Assembly: GCF_006345805.1 (NCBI RefSeq)
Contig: NC_043006.1
Span: forward strand, 4,092,001-4,156,000
Source: Octopus sinensis
Lineage: Eukaryota
DNA length: 64,000 nucleotides
Direction of reading: 5' to 3'
Shown here: one piece after another, positions 25,601-42,400 of the stretch
Numbering within the stretch: position 1 is the stretch's first letter
How the letters are laid out: each line of letters opens with the position of its first letter
Translations under genes and position numbers: made by a program
Notes under the pieces: model-generated
What the model was told of the DNA's origin: nothing
What the model saw: the letters and a program-made list of their open reading frames with translations, nothing else
Database searches by the model: none

Positions 25601-28600
25601 AGTAAAACAATTTTATGGCACGTATATAAATCTTTTGTATCATCATCATCAGCATCAATGATCAATCATCATCAATCATCATCATCAATGAATGATCATC
25701 ATAATCATGAGCATCATCATCATCATCAATCATCATTAATCATCATCATCATCATCATCATCAATGATCAATCATCATCAATCATCATCATCAATCATCA
25801 TCATCAATCATCATCATCAATGAATGATCATCATAATCATGAGCATCATCATCATCATCAATCATCATTAATCATCATCATCAATCATCATCATCAATGA
25901 ATGATCATCATTAAACATAATCATTAGCAACATCAATCATCACCACCATTATCACCACCATCATCACCAAAATCATCGACATTATTATTATTATTATTAC
26001 AATATAACTTGAATCCAGTTACACCTATACGCGTGATGTCTGTTCTGCTTAACTTACCAACGCATGTTGTTTCGCGGAACTCGTACCCTGCATTACAGTC
26101 ACATGTGTAGGATCCTGTGTGTTGGTGCATTTCCCCATTTTCCCCGCATGGGTCTCCTTTGCACTCGTCTGTGTCTGGAAAGTAAAACAATTTTATGGCA
26201 TGGATATAAATCTTTTGTATCATCATCATCATCATCAATGATCAATCATCATCAATCATCATCATCAATCATCATCATCAATGAATGATCATCATAATCA
26301 TGAGCATCATCATCATCATTAATCATCATTAATGTTAATCATCAATCATCATCATCAATGATCAATCATCATCAATCATCATCAATCATCATCATCAATC
26401 ATCATCATCAATGAATGATCATCATAATCATGAGCATCATCATCATCAATCATCATTAATCATCATCATCAATCATCATCATCAATGAATGATCATCATT
26501 AAATATCATAATCATTAGCAACATCATAATCATCACCACCATTATGACCACCATCATCACCAACATCATCGACATTATTATTATTATTATTATTAATATA
26601 ACTTGAATCCAGTTACACCTATACGCGTGATGTCTGTTCTGCTTTACTTACCAACGCATGTTGTTTCACGGAACTCGTACCCTGCATTACAGTCACATGT
26701 GTAGGATCCTTGTGTGTTGGTGCATTTCCCTTTTCCCCGCATGGGTCTCCTTTGCACTCGTCTGTGTCTGGAAAAAAACAATTTTATGGCACGTATATAA
26801 ATCTTTTGTATCATCATCATCATCATCAATGATCATATCATCAATCATCATCATCAATCATCATCATCAATGAATGATCATCATAATCATGAGAATCATC
26901 ATCATCATCAATCATCATCATCAATGAATGATCATCATTAACATCATAATATTAGCAACATCATAATCATCACCACAATTACCACCCATCATCTACATCA
27001 TCGACAAATTATTATTATTATTATTATTAATATATCTGAATCCAGTTACACCTATACGCGTGATGTCTGTTCTGCTTTACTTACAACAATGTTGTTTCAC
27101 GGAACTCGTACCCTGCATTACAGTCACATGTGTAGGATCTTGTGTGTTGGTGCATTTCCCCTTTTCCCCGCATGGGTCTCCTTTGCACTCGTCTGTGTCT
27201 GGAAAGTAAAACAATTTATGGCATGGATATAAATCTTTTGTGTCATCCTCATCATCATCAATGATCAATCATCACTCAATCATCATCATCAATCATCACA
27301 TCAATCATCATCATCAATCATCATCATCAATGAATGATCATCATAATCATGAGCATCATATCATCATCAATCATCATTAATCATCATCATCATCATCATC
27401 ATCAATGAATATCATCATTAAACATCATAATCTAGCAACATCATAATCATCACCACATTTCACCGCCATCATCACCAACATCATCGAAATTATATTATTA
27501 TTATTACTTATATAACTGAATCCAGTTACACCTATACGCGTGATGTCTGTTCTGCTTACTTACCAACGCATGTTGTTTCACGGAACTCGTACCTGCATTA
27601 CAGTCACATGTGTAGGATCCTTGTGTGTTGGTGCATTCCCCTTTTCCCCGCATGGGTCTCCTTTGCACTCGTCTGTGTTCTGGAAAGTAAAACAATTTTA
27701 TGGCATGGATATAAATCTTTTGATCATCATCATCATCAATGATCAATCATCATCAATCATCTTCATCAATCATCATCATCAATGAATGATCATCATAATC
27801 ATGAGCATCATCATCATCATCAATCATCATTAATCATCATCATATCATCATCATCAATGATCAATCATCATCAATCATCATCAATCATCATCATCAATCA
27901 TCATCATCAATGAATGATCATCATAATCATGAGCATCATCATCATCATCAATCATCATTAATCATCATCATCAATCATCATCATCAATGAATGATCATCA
28001 TTAAATATCATAATCATTAGCAACATCATAATCATCACCACCATTATGACCACCATCATCACCAACATCATCGACATTATTATGATTATTATTATTATTA
28101 ATATAACTTGAATCCAGTTACACCTATACGCGTGATGTCTGTTCTGCTTTACTTACCAACACATGTTGTTTCACGGAACTCGTACCCTGCATTACAGTCA
28201 CATGTGTAGGATCCTTGTGTGTTGGTGCATTTCCCTTTTCCCGCATGGGTCTCCTTTGCACTCGTCTGTGTCTGGAAAGCAAACAATTTTATGGCACGAT
28301 ATAAGTCTTTTGTATCATCATCATCATCATCAATGATCAATCATCATCAATCATCATCATCAATCATCATCATCAATGAATGATCATCATAATCATGAGC
28401 ATCATCTCATCATCAATCATCGTTGATCATCATCATCAATGAATATCATCATTAACATCATAATCATTAGCAACGTCATAATCATCACCACATTATCACC
28501 ACCATCATCAACATCAACGACATTATTATTATTATTATTATTAATATAACTTGAATCCAGTTTACACCTAACGCGTGATGTCTGTTCTGCTTTACTTACC

Positions 28601-31600
28601 AACGCAAGTTGTTTCGCGGAACTCGTACCCTGCATTACAGTCACATGTGTAGGATCCTTGTGTGTTGGTGCATTTCCCCTTTTCCCCGCATGGGTCTCCT
28701 TTGCACTCGTCTGTGTCTGGAAAGTAAAACAATTTTATGGCATGGATATAAATCTTTTGTATCATCATCATCATCATCAATGATCAATCATCATCATTCA
28801 TCATCATCAATCATCATCATCAATGAATGATCATCATAATCATGAGCATCATCATCATCATCAATCATCATTAATCATCATCATCATCATCATCATCAAT
28901 GATCAATCATCATCAATCATCATCATCAATCATCATCATCAATCATCATCATCAATGAATGATCATCATAATCATGAGCATCATCATCATCATCAATCAT
29001 CATTAATGTTAATCATCAATCATCATCATCAATGAATGATCATCATTAAACATCATAATCATTAGCAACATCATAATCATCACCACCATTATGACCACCA
29101 TCATCACCAACATCATCGACATTATTATTATTATTATTATTATTATTAATATAACTTGAATCCAGTTACACCTATACGCGTGATGTCTGTTCTGCTTTAC
29201 TTACCAACGCATGTTGTTTCGCGGAACTCGTACCCTGCGTTACAGTCACATGTGTAGGATCCCTGTGTGTTGGTGCATTTCCCCTTTTCCCCGCATGGGT
29301 CTCCTTTGCACTCGTCTGTGTGTCGGAAAGTAAAACAATTTTATGGCATGGATATAAATCTTTTGTGTCATCATCATCATCATCAATGATCAATCATCAT
29401 CAATCATCATCATCAATCATCATCATCAATCATCATCATCAATCATCATCATCAATCATCATCGTCAATGAACGATCATCATAATCATGAGCATCATCAT
29501 CATCATCAATCATCATTAATCATCATCATCATCATCATCATCAATGAATTATCATCATTAAACATCATAATCATTAGCAACATCATAATCATCACCACCA
29601 TTATCACCACCATCATCAACATCAATGATCAATCATCATCATCATCATCATCATCATCAATGATCAATCATCATCAATCATCATCATCAATCATCATCAT
29701 CAATCATCATCATCAATGAATGATCATCATAATCATGAGCATCATCATCATCATCAATCATCATTAATCATCATCATCAATCATCATCATCAATGAATGA
29801 TCATCATTAAACATCATAATCATTAGCAACATCATAATCATCACCACCATTATGACCACCATCATCACCAACATCATCGACATTATTATTATTATTATTA
29901 TTAATATAACTTGAATCCAGTTACACCTATACGCGTGATGTCTCTTCTGCTTTACTTACCAACGCATGTTGTTTCACGGAACTCGTACCCTGCATTACAG
30001 TCACATGTGTAGGATCCTTGTGTGTTGGTGCTTTCCCCCTTTCCCCGCATGGGTCTCCTTTGCACTCGTCTGTGTCTGGAAAGCAAAACAATTTTACGGC
30101 ACGTATAAAATCTTTTGTATCATCATCATCATCATCAATGATCAATCATCATCAATCATCATCATCAATCATCATCATCAATGAATGATCATCATAATCA
30201 TGAGCATCATCATCATCATCAATCATCGTTAATCATCATCATCAATGAATTATCATCATTAAACATCATAATCATTAGCAACGTCATAATCATCACCACC
30301 ATTATCACCACCATCATCAACATCAACGACATTATTATTATTATTATTATTAATATAACTTGAATCCAGTTACACCTATACGCGTGATGTCTGTTCTGCT
30401 TTACTTACCAACGCATGTTGTATCGCGGAACTCGTACCCTGCATTACAGTCACATGTGTAGGATCCTTGTGTGTTGGTGCACTTCCCCTTTTCCCCGCAT
30501 GGGTCTCCGTGCACTCGTCTGTGTCTGGAAAGTAAAACAATTTTATGGCATGGATATAAATTTTCTATCATCATCATCATATCAATGATCAATCATCATC
30601 AATCATCATCATCAATCATCATCATCATCATCATCATCAATGATGATCATCATAATCATGAGCATCATCATCATCATCAATCATCATCATCAATGAATGA
30701 TCATCATTAAACATCATAATCATTAGCAACATCATAATCATCACCGCCATTATCACCACCATCATCACCAACATCATCGACATTATTATTATTATTATTA
30801 TTATTAATATAACTTGAATCCAGTTACACCTATACGCGTGATGTCTGTTCTGCTTTACTTACCAACGCATGTTGTTTCACGGAACTCGTACCCTGCATTA
30901 CAGTCACATGTGTAGGATCCTTGTGTGTTGGTGCATTTCCCCTTTTCCCCGCATGGGTCTCCTTTGCACTCGTCTGTGTCTGGAAAGCAAAACAATTTTA
31001 TGGCACGTATATAAATCTTTTGTATCATCATCATCATCATCAATGATCAATCATCATCAATCATCATCATCAATCATCATCATCAATGAATGATCATCAT
31101 AATCATGAGCATCATCATCATCATCAATCATCATTAATCATCATCATCATCATCATCATCAATGATCAATCATCATCAATCATCATCATCAATCATCATC
31201 ATCAATCATCATCATCAATCATCATCATCAATGAATCATCATCATTAAACATCATAATCATTAGCAACATCATAATCATCACCGCCATTATCACCACCAT
31301 CATCACCAACATCATCGACATTATTATTATTATTATTATTATAAATAAACTTGAATCCAGTTACACTTATACGCGTGATGTCTGTTCTGCTTACTTACCA
31401 ACGCATGTTGTTTCACGGAACTCGTACCCTGCATTACAGTCACATGTGTAGGATCTTGTGTGTTGGTGCATTTCCCTTTTCCCCGCATGGGTCTCCTTTG
31501 CACTCGTCTGTGTCTGGAAAGCAAAACAATTTTATGGCACGTATATAAATCTTTTGTATCATCATCATCATCATCAATGATCAATCATCATCATCATCAT

Positions 31601-33197
31601 CATCAATCATCATCATCATGAATGATCATCATAATCATGAGCATCATCATCATCATCAATCATCGTTAATCATCATCATCAATGAATTATCATCATTAAA
31701 CATCATAATCATAGCAACGTCATAATCATCACCACCATTATCACCACCATCATCAACATCAACGACATTATTATTATTATTATTATTAATATAACTTGAA
31801 TCCAGTTACACCTATACGCGTGATGTCTGTTCTGCTTTACTTACCAACGCATGTTGTATCGCGGAACTCGTACCCTGCATTACAGTCACATGTGTAGGAT
31901 CCTTGTGTGTTGGTGCACTTCCCCTTTTCCCCGCATGGGTCTCCTGTGCACTCGTCAGTGTCTGGAAAGTAAAACAATTTTATGGCATGGATATAAATCT
32001 TTTGTATCATCATCATCATCATCAATGATCCATCATCATCAATCATCATCATCAATCATCATCATCAATCATCATCATCATGAATGATCATCATAATCAT
32101 GAGCATCATCATCATCATCAATCATCATCAATGAATGATCATCATTAAACATCATAATCATTAGCAACATCATAATCATCACCACCATTATCACCACCAT
32201 CATCTACATCATCGACATTATATTATTATTATTATTAATATATCTTGAATCCAGTTACACCTATACGCGTGATGTCTGTTCTGCTTTACTTACCAACGCA
32301 TGTTTTCGCGGAACTCGTACCCTGCATTACAGTCACATGTGTAGGATCCTTGTGTGTTGGTGCATTTCCCCTTTTCCCCGCATGGGTCTCCTTTGCACTC
32401 GTCTGTGTCTGGAAAGTAATACAATTTTATGGCATGGATATAAATCTTTTGTATCATCATCATCATCATCATGATCAATCATCATCAATCATCATCATCA
32501 ATCATCATCATCAATCATCATCATCAATGAATGATCATCATAATCATGAGCATCATCATCATCATCAATCATCATATAATCTCATCATCAATCATCATCA
32601 TCATGAATGATCATTAAACATCATAATCATTAGCAACATCATAATCATCACCACCATTATCACCACCATCATCACCAACATCATCGACCTTATTATTGTT
32701 ATTATTATTAATATATCTTGAATCCAGTTACACCTATACGCGTGATGTCTGTTCTGCTTTACTTACCAACGCATGTTGTTTCACGGAACTCGTACCCTGC
32801 ATTACAGTCACATGTGTAGGATCCTTGTGTGTTGGTGCATTTCCCCTTTTCCCCGCATGGGTCTCCTTTGCACTCGTCTGTGTCTGGAAAGTAAAACAAT
32901 TTTATGGCATGGATATAAATCTTTTGTATCATCATCATCATCATCAATGATCAATCATCATCAATCATCATCATCAATCATCATCATCAATGAATGATCA
33001 TCATAATCATGAGCATCATCATCATCATCAATCATCATTAATCATCATCATCATCATCATCATCAATGATCAATCATCATCAATCATCATCATCAATCAT
33101 CATCATCAATGAATCATCATCATTAAACATCATAATCATTAGCAACATCATAATCATCACCACCATTATCACCACCATCATCACCAACATCATCGAC

Positions 33198-33228
<31 letters not shown>

Positions 33229-36200
33229 ACTTGAATCCAGTTACACCTATACGCGTGATGTCTGTTTGCTTTACTTACCAACGCATGTTGTTTCACGGAA
33301 CTCGTACCCTGCATTACAGTCACATGTGTACGATCCTTGTGTGTTGGTGCATTCCCCTTTTCCCCGCATGGGTCTCCTTTGCACTCGTCTGTGTCTGGAA
33401 AGCAAAACATTTTATGGCACGTATATAAATCTTTTGTATCATCATCATCATCATCAATGATCAATCATCATCAATCATCATCATCAATCATCATCATCAA
33501 TGAATGATCATCATAATCATGAGCATCATCATCATCATCAATCATCGTTAATCATCATCATCAATGAATTATCATCATTAAACATCATAATCATTAGCAA
33601 CGTCATAATCATCACCACCATTATCACCACCATCATCAACATCAACGACATTATTATTATTATTATTATTAATATAACTTGAATCCAGTTACACCTATAC
33701 GCGTGATGTCTGTTCTGCTTTACTTACCAACGCATGTTGTTTCACGGAACTCGTACCCTGCATTACAGTCACATGTGTAGGATCCTTGTGTGTTGGTGCA
33801 TTTCCCCTTTTCCCCGCATGGGTCTCCTTTGCACTCGTCTGTGTCTGGAAAGCAAAACAATTTTATGGCACGTATATAAATCTTTTGTATCATCATCATC
33901 ATCATCAATGATCAATCATCATCAATCATCATCATCAATCATCATCATCAATGAATGATCATCATAATCATGAGCATCATCATCATCATCATCAATCATC
34001 ATCATCAATCAATGAATGATCATCATTAAACATCATAATCATTAGCAACGTCATAATCATCACCACCATTATCACCACCATCATCAACATCATCGACATT
34101 ATTATTATTATTATTAATTAATAACTTGAATCCAGTTACGCCTATACGCGTGATGTCTGTTCTGCTTTACTTACCAACGCATGTTGTTTCGCGGAACTCG
34201 TACCCTGCATTACAGTCACATGTGTAGGATCCTTGTGTGTTGGTGCATTTCCCCTTTCCCCCGCATGGGTCTCCTTTGCACTCGTCTGTGTCTGGAAAGT
34301 AAAACAATTTTATGGCATGGATATAAATTTTGTATCATCATCATCATCATCATCAATGATCAATCATCATCAATCATCATCATCAATCATCATCATCATC
34401 ATCATCATCAATGAATGATCATCATAATCATGAGCATCATCATCATCATCAATCATCATCATCAATGAATGATCATCATTAAACATCATAATCATTAGCA
34501 ACATCATAATCATCACCACCATTATCACCACCATCATCTACATCATCGACATTATTATTATTATTATTATTAATATATCTTGAATCCAGTTACACCTATA
34601 CGCGTGATGTCTGTTCTGCTTTACTTACCAACGCATGTTCTTTCGCGGAACTCGTACCCTGCATTACAGTCACATGTGTAGGATCCTTGTGTGTTGGTGC
34701 ATTTCCCCTTTTCCCCGCATGGGTTTCCTTTGCACTCGTCTGTGTCTGGAAAGTAAAACAATTTTATGGCATGGATATAAATCTTTTGTATCATCATCAT
34801 CATCATCAATGATCAATCATCATCAATCATCATCATCAATGAATGATCATCATAATCATGAGCATCATCATCATCATCAATCATCATTAATCATCATCAT
34901 CATCATCATCATCAATGATCATCATCAATCATCAATCATCATCATCAATCATCATCATCAATCATCATCTCAATGAATGATCATCATAATCATGAGCATC
35001 ATCATCATCATCAATCATCATTAATCATATCATCAATCAATCATCAATGAATGATCATAATTAAACATCATAATCATTAGCAACATCATAATCATCACCA
35101 CCATTATCACCACATCATCACCAACATCATCGACATTATTATTATTATTATTATTACTAATATAACTTGAATCCAGTTACACCTATACGCGTGATGTCTG
35201 TTCTGCTTTACTTACCAACGCATGTTGTATCGCGGAACTCGTACCCTGCATTACAGTCACATGTGTAGGATCCTTGTGTGTTGGTGCACTTCCCCTTTTC
35301 CCCGCATGGGTCTCCTGTGCACTCGTCTGTGTCTGGAAAGTAAAACAATTTTATGGCATGGATATAAATCTTTTGTATCATCATCATCATCATCAATGAT
35401 CAATCATCATCAATCATCATCATCAATCATCATCATCAATCATCATCATCAATGAATGATCATCATAATCATGAGCATCATCATCATCATCAATCATCAT
35501 CATCAATGAATGATCATCATTAAACATCATAATCATTAGCAACATCATAATCATCACCACCATTATCACCACCATCATCTACATCATCGACATTATTATT
35601 ATTATTATTAATATATCTTGAATCCAGTTACACCTATACGCGTGATGTCTGTTCTGCTTTACTTACCAACGCATGTTCTTTCGCGGAACTCGTACCCTGC
35701 ATTACAGTCACATGTGTAGGATCCTTGTGTGTTGGTGCATTTCCCCTTTTCCCCGCATGGGTCTCCTTTGCACTCGTCTGTGTCTGGAAAGTAAAACAAT
35801 TTTATGGCATGGATATAAATCTTTTGTATCATCATCATCATCATCAATGATCAATCATCATCAATCATCATCATCAATCATCATCATCAATCATCATCAT
35901 CAATGAATGATCATCATAATCATGAGCATCATCATCATCATCAATCATCATTAATCATCATCATCAATCATCATCATCAATGAATGATCATTAAACATCA
36001 TAATCATTAGCAACATCATAATCATCACCACCATTATCACCACCATCATCACCAACATCATCGACATTATTATTGTTATTATTATTAATATATCTTGAAT
36101 CCAGTTACACCTATACGCGTGATGTCTGTTCTGCTTTACTTACCAACGCATGTTGTTTCACGGAACTCGTACCCTGCATTACAGTCACATGTGTAGGATC

Positions 36201-36414
36201 CTTGTGTGTTGGTGCATTTCCCCTTTTCCCCGCATGGGTCTCCTTTGCACTCGTCTGTGTCTGGAAAGTAAAACAATTTTATGGCATGGATATAAATCTT
36301 TTGTATCATCATCATCATCATCAATGATCAATCATCATCAATCATCATCATCAATCATCATCATCAATGAATGATCATCATAATCATTCAGCATCATCAT
36401 CATCAATCATCATT

Positions 36415-36445
<31 letters not shown>

Positions 36446-39400
36446 ATCATCATCATCATCATCATCAATCATCATCATCAATCATCATCATCAATGAATC
36501 ATCATCATTAAACATCATAATCATTAGCAACATCATAATCATCACCACCATTATCACCACCATCATCACCAACATCATCGACATTATTATTATTATTATT
36601 ATTATTAATATAACTTGAATCCAGTTACACCTATACGCGTGATGTGTTCTGCTTTACTTACCAACGCATGTTGTTTCACGGAACTCGTACCCTGCATTAC
36701 AGTCACATGTGTAGGATCCTTGTGTGTTGGTGCATTTCCCCTTTTCCCCGCATGGGTCTCCTTTGCACTCGTCTGTGTCTGGAAAGCAAAACAATTTTAT
36801 GGCACGTATATAAATCTTTTGTATCATCATCATCATCATCAATGATCAATCATCATCAATCATCATCATCAATCATCATCATCAATGAATGATCATCATA
36901 ATCATGAGCATCATCATCATCATCAATCATCGTTAATCATCATCATCAATGAATTATCATCATTAAACATCATAATCATTAGCAACGTCATAATCATCAC
37001 CACCATTATCACCACCATCATCAACATCAACGACATTATTATTATTATTATTATTAATATAACTTGAATCCAGTTACACCTATACGCGTGATGTCTGTTC
37101 TGCTTTACTTACCAACGCATGTTGTTTCACGGAACTCGTACCCTGCATTACAGTCACATGTGTAGGATCCTTGTGTGTTGGTGCATTTCCCCTTTTCCCC
37201 GCATGGGTCTCCTTGGCACTCGTCTGTGTCTGGAAAGCAAAACAATTTTATGGCACGTTATAAATCTTTTGTATCATCATCATCATCATCAATGATCAAT
37301 CATCATCAATCATCATCATCAATCATCATCATCAATGAATGATCATCATAATCATGAGCATCATCATCATCATCAATCATCATCATCAATGAATGATCAT
37401 CATTAAACATCATAATCATTAGCAACGTCATAATCATCACCACCATTATCACCACCATCATCAACATCATCGACATTATTATTATTATTATTATTAATAT
37501 AACTTGAATCCAGTTACGCCTATACGCGTGATGTCTGTTCTGCTTTACTTACCAACGCATGTTGTTTCGCGGAACTCGTACCCTGCATTACAGTCACATG
37601 TGTAGGATCCTTGTGTGTTGGTGCATTTCCCCTTTCCCCCGCATGGGTCTCCTTTGCACTCGTCTGTGTCTGGAAAGTAAAACAATTTTATGGCATGGAT
37701 ATAAATCTTTTGTATCATCATCATCATCATCAATGATCAATCATCATCAATCATCATCATCAATCATCATCATCAATCAATCATCATCATCATGAATCAT
37801 CATAATCATGAGCATCATCATCATCATCAATCATCATCATCAATGAATGATCATCATTAAACATCATAATCATTAGCAACATCATAATCATCACCACCAT
37901 TATCACCACCATCATCTACATCATCGACATTATTATTATTATATTATTAATATATCTTGAATCCAGTTACACCTATACGCGTGATGTCTGTTCTGCTTTA
38001 CTTACCAACGCATGTTCTTTCGCGGAACTCGTACCCTGCATTACAGTCACATGTTGTAGGATCCTTGTGTGTTGGTGCATTTCCCCTTTTCCCCGCATGG
38101 GTCTCCTTTGCACTCGTCTGTGTCTGGAAAGTAAAACAATTTTATGGCATGGATATAAATCTTTTGTATCATTATCATCATCATCAATGATCAATCATCA
38201 TCAATCATCATCATCAATCATCATCATCAATAATCATCTTCAATGAATGATCATCATAATCATGAGCATCATCATCATCATCAATCATCATTAATGTTAA
38301 TCATCAATCATCATCATCAATGAATGATCATCATTAAACATCATAATCATTAGCAACATCATAATCATCACCACCATTATGACCACCATCATCACCAACA
38401 TCATCGACATTATTATTATTATTATTATTATTATTAATATAACTTGAATCCAGTTACACATATACGCGTGATGTCTGTTCTGCTTTACTTACCAACGCAT
38501 GTTGTTTCGCGGAACTCGTACCCTGCGTTACAGTCACATGTGTAGGATCCTTGTGTGTTGGTGCATTTCCCCTTTTCCCCGCATGGGTCTCCTTTGCACT
38601 CGTCTGTGTCTGGAAAGTAAAACAATTTTATGGCATGGATATAAATCTTTTGTGTCATCATCATCATCATCATGATCAATCATCATCAATCATCATCATC
38701 AATCATCATCATCATCATCATCATCAATGAATGATCATCATAATCATGAGCATCATCATCATCATCAATCATCATTAATCATCATCATCAATCATCATCA
38801 TCAATGAATGATCATAATTAAACATCATAATCATTAGCAACATCATAATCATCACCACCATTATCACCACCATCATCAAACATCATCGACATTATTATTA
38901 TTATTATTATTAATATATCTTGAATCCAGTTACACCTATACGCGTGATGTCTGTTCTGCTTTACTTACCAACGCATGTTGTTTTGCGGAACTCGTACCCT
39001 GCATTACAGTCACATGTGTAGGATCCTTGTGTGTTGGTGCACTTCCCCTTTTCCCCGCATGGGTCTCCTTTGCACTCGTCTGTGTCTGGAAAGTAAAACA
39101 ATTTTATGGCATGGATATAAATCTTTTGTATCATCATCATCATCATCAATGATCAATCATCATCAATCATCATCATCAATCATCATCATCAATCATCATC
39201 ATCAATCATCATCGTCAATGAACGATCATCATAATCATGAGCATCATCATCATCATCAATCATCATTAATCATCATCATCATCATCATCATCAATGAATT
39301 ATCATCATTAAACATCATAATCATTAGCAACATCATAATCATCACCAGTATTATCACCACCATCATCACCAACATCATCGACATTATTATTATTATTATT

Positions 39401-42400
39401 ACTGATATAACTTGAATCCAGTTACACCTATACGCGTGATGTCTGTTCTGCTTTACTTACCAACGCATGTTGTTTCGTTTCGCGGAACTCGTACCCTGCA
39501 TTACAGTCACATGTGTAGGATCCTTGTGTTTGGTTGCATTTCCCCTTTTCCCCGCAGGGTCTCCTTTGCACTCGTCTGTGTCTGGAAAGTAAAACAATTT
39601 TATGGCATGGATATAAATCTTTTGTATCATCATCATCATCATCAATGATCAATCATCATCAATCATCATCATCAATCATCATCATTAATGAATGATCATC
39701 ATAATCATGAGCATCATCATTAATCATCATCATCATCATCATCATCAATGATCAATCATCATCAATCATCATCATCATCATCATCATCAATCATCATCAT
39801 CATGAATGATCATCATAATCATGAGCATCATCATCATCATCAATCATCATTAATCATCATCATCATCATCATCATCCATGAATGATCATCATTAACATCA
39901 TAATCATTAGCAACATCATAATCATCACCACCATTATGACCACCATCATCACCAACATCATCGACATTATTATTATTATTATTATTATTATAATATAACT
40001 TGAATCCAGTTACACCTATACGCGTGATGTCTGTTCTGCTTTACTTACCAACGCATGTTGTTTCACGGAACTCGTACCCTGCATTACAGTCACATGTGTA
40101 GGATCCTTGTGTGTTGGTGCATTTCCCCTTTTCCCCTTTTCCCCGCATGGGTCTCCTTTGCACTCGTCTGTGTCTGGAAAGCAAAACAATTTTATGGCAC
40201 GTATATAAATCTTTTGTATCATCATCATCATCATCAATGATCAATCATCATCAATCATCATCATCAATCATCATCATCAATGAATGATCATCATAATCAT
40301 GAGCATCATCATCATCATCAATCATCGTTAATCATCATCATCAATGAATTATCATCATTAAACATCATAATCATTAGCAACGTCATAATCATCACCACCA
40401 TTATCACCACCATCATCAACATCAACGACATTATCATTATTATTATTACTAATATAACTTGAATCCAGTTACACCTATACGCGTGATGTCTGTTCTGCTT
40501 TACTTACCAACGCATGTTGTTTCACGGAACTCGTACCCTGCATTACAGTCACATATGTAGGATCCTTGTGTGTTGGTGCATTTCCCCTTTCCCCCGCATG
40601 GGTCTCCTGTGCACTCGTCTGTGTCTGGAAAGTAAAACAATTTTATGGCATGGATATAAATCTTTTGTATCATCATCATCATCATCAATGATCAATCATC
40701 ATCAATCATCATCATCAATCATCATCATCAATCATCATCATCAATGAATGATCATCATAATCATGAGCATCATCATCATCATCAATCATCATCATCAATG
40801 AATGATCATCATTAAACATCATAATCATTAGCAACATCATAATCATCACCACCATTATCACCACCATCATCTACATCATCGACATTATTATTATTATTAT
40901 TATCAATATATCTTGAATCCAGTTACACCTATACGCGTGATGTCTGTTCTGCTTTACTTACCAACGCATGTTCTTTCGCGGAACTCGTACCCTGCATTAC
41001 AGTCACATGTGTAGGATCCTTGTGTGTTGGTGCATTTCCCCTTTTCCCCGCATGGGTCTCCTTTGCACTCGTCTGTGTCTGGAAAGTAATACAATTTTAT
41101 GGCATGGATATAAATCTTTTGTATCATCATCATCATCATCAATGATCAATCATCATCAATCATCATCATCAATCATCATCATCAATCATCATCATCAATG
41201 ATGATTATATCATAATCATGAGCATCATCATCAATCATCAATCATCATTAATCATCATCATCAATCATCATCATCAATGAATGATCATCATTAAACATCA
41301 TAATCATTAGCAACATCATAATCATCACCACCATTATCACCACCATCATCACCAACATCATCGACATTATTATTGTTATTATTATTAATATATCTTGAAT
41401 CCAGTTACACCTATACGCGTGATGTCTGTTCTGCTTTACTTACCAACGCATGTTGTTTCACGGAACTCGTACCCTGCATTACAGTCACATGTGTAGGATC
41501 CTTGTGTGTTGGTGCATTTCCCCTTCTCCCCGCATGGGTCTCCTGTGCACTCGTCGGTGTCTGGAAAGTAAAACAATTTTATGGCATGGATATAAATCTT
41601 TTGTATCATCATCATCATCATCAATGATCAATCATCATCAATCATCATCATCAATCATCATCATCAATCATCATCATCAATGAATGATCATCATAATCAT
41701 GAGCATCATCATCATCATCAATCATCATAATCATCATCATCAATCATCATCATCAATGAATGATCATCATTAAACATCATAATCATTAGCAACATCATAA
41801 TCATCACCACACCATTATCACCGCCATCATCACCAACATCATCGACATATTATTATTATTATTATTATTAATATAACTTGAATCCAGTTACACCTATACG
41901 CGTGATGTCTGTTCTGCTTTACTTACCAACGCATTTGTTTCATTTTCACGGAACACGTACCCTGCATTACAGTCACATGTGTAGGATCCTTGTGTGTTGG
42001 TGCATTTCCCCTTTTCCCCGCATGGGTCTCCTTTGCACTCGTCTGTGTCTGGAAAGCAAAACAATTTTATGGCACGTATATAAATCTTTTGTATCATCAT
42101 CATCATCATCAATGATCAATCATCATCAATCATCATCATCAATCATCATCATCAATGAATGATCATCATAATCATGAGCATCATCATCATCATCAATCAT
42201 CATCATCAATGAATGATCATCATTAAACATCATAATCATTAGCAACATCATAATCATCACCACCATTATCACCACCATCATCTACATCATCGACATTATT
42301 ATTATTATTATTATTATTAATATATCTTGAATCCAGTTACACCTATACGCGTGATGTCTGTTCTGCTTTACTTACCAACGCATTCTTTTTCGCGGAACTC

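Noticed and set aside
25933-26060. Asp-rich [10 protein letters not shown] peptide in the intron frame (biomineralisation-like)
   Set aside because: It derives from GAT/GGT microsatellite, is preceded by a stop in almost every unit, and has no splice sites.
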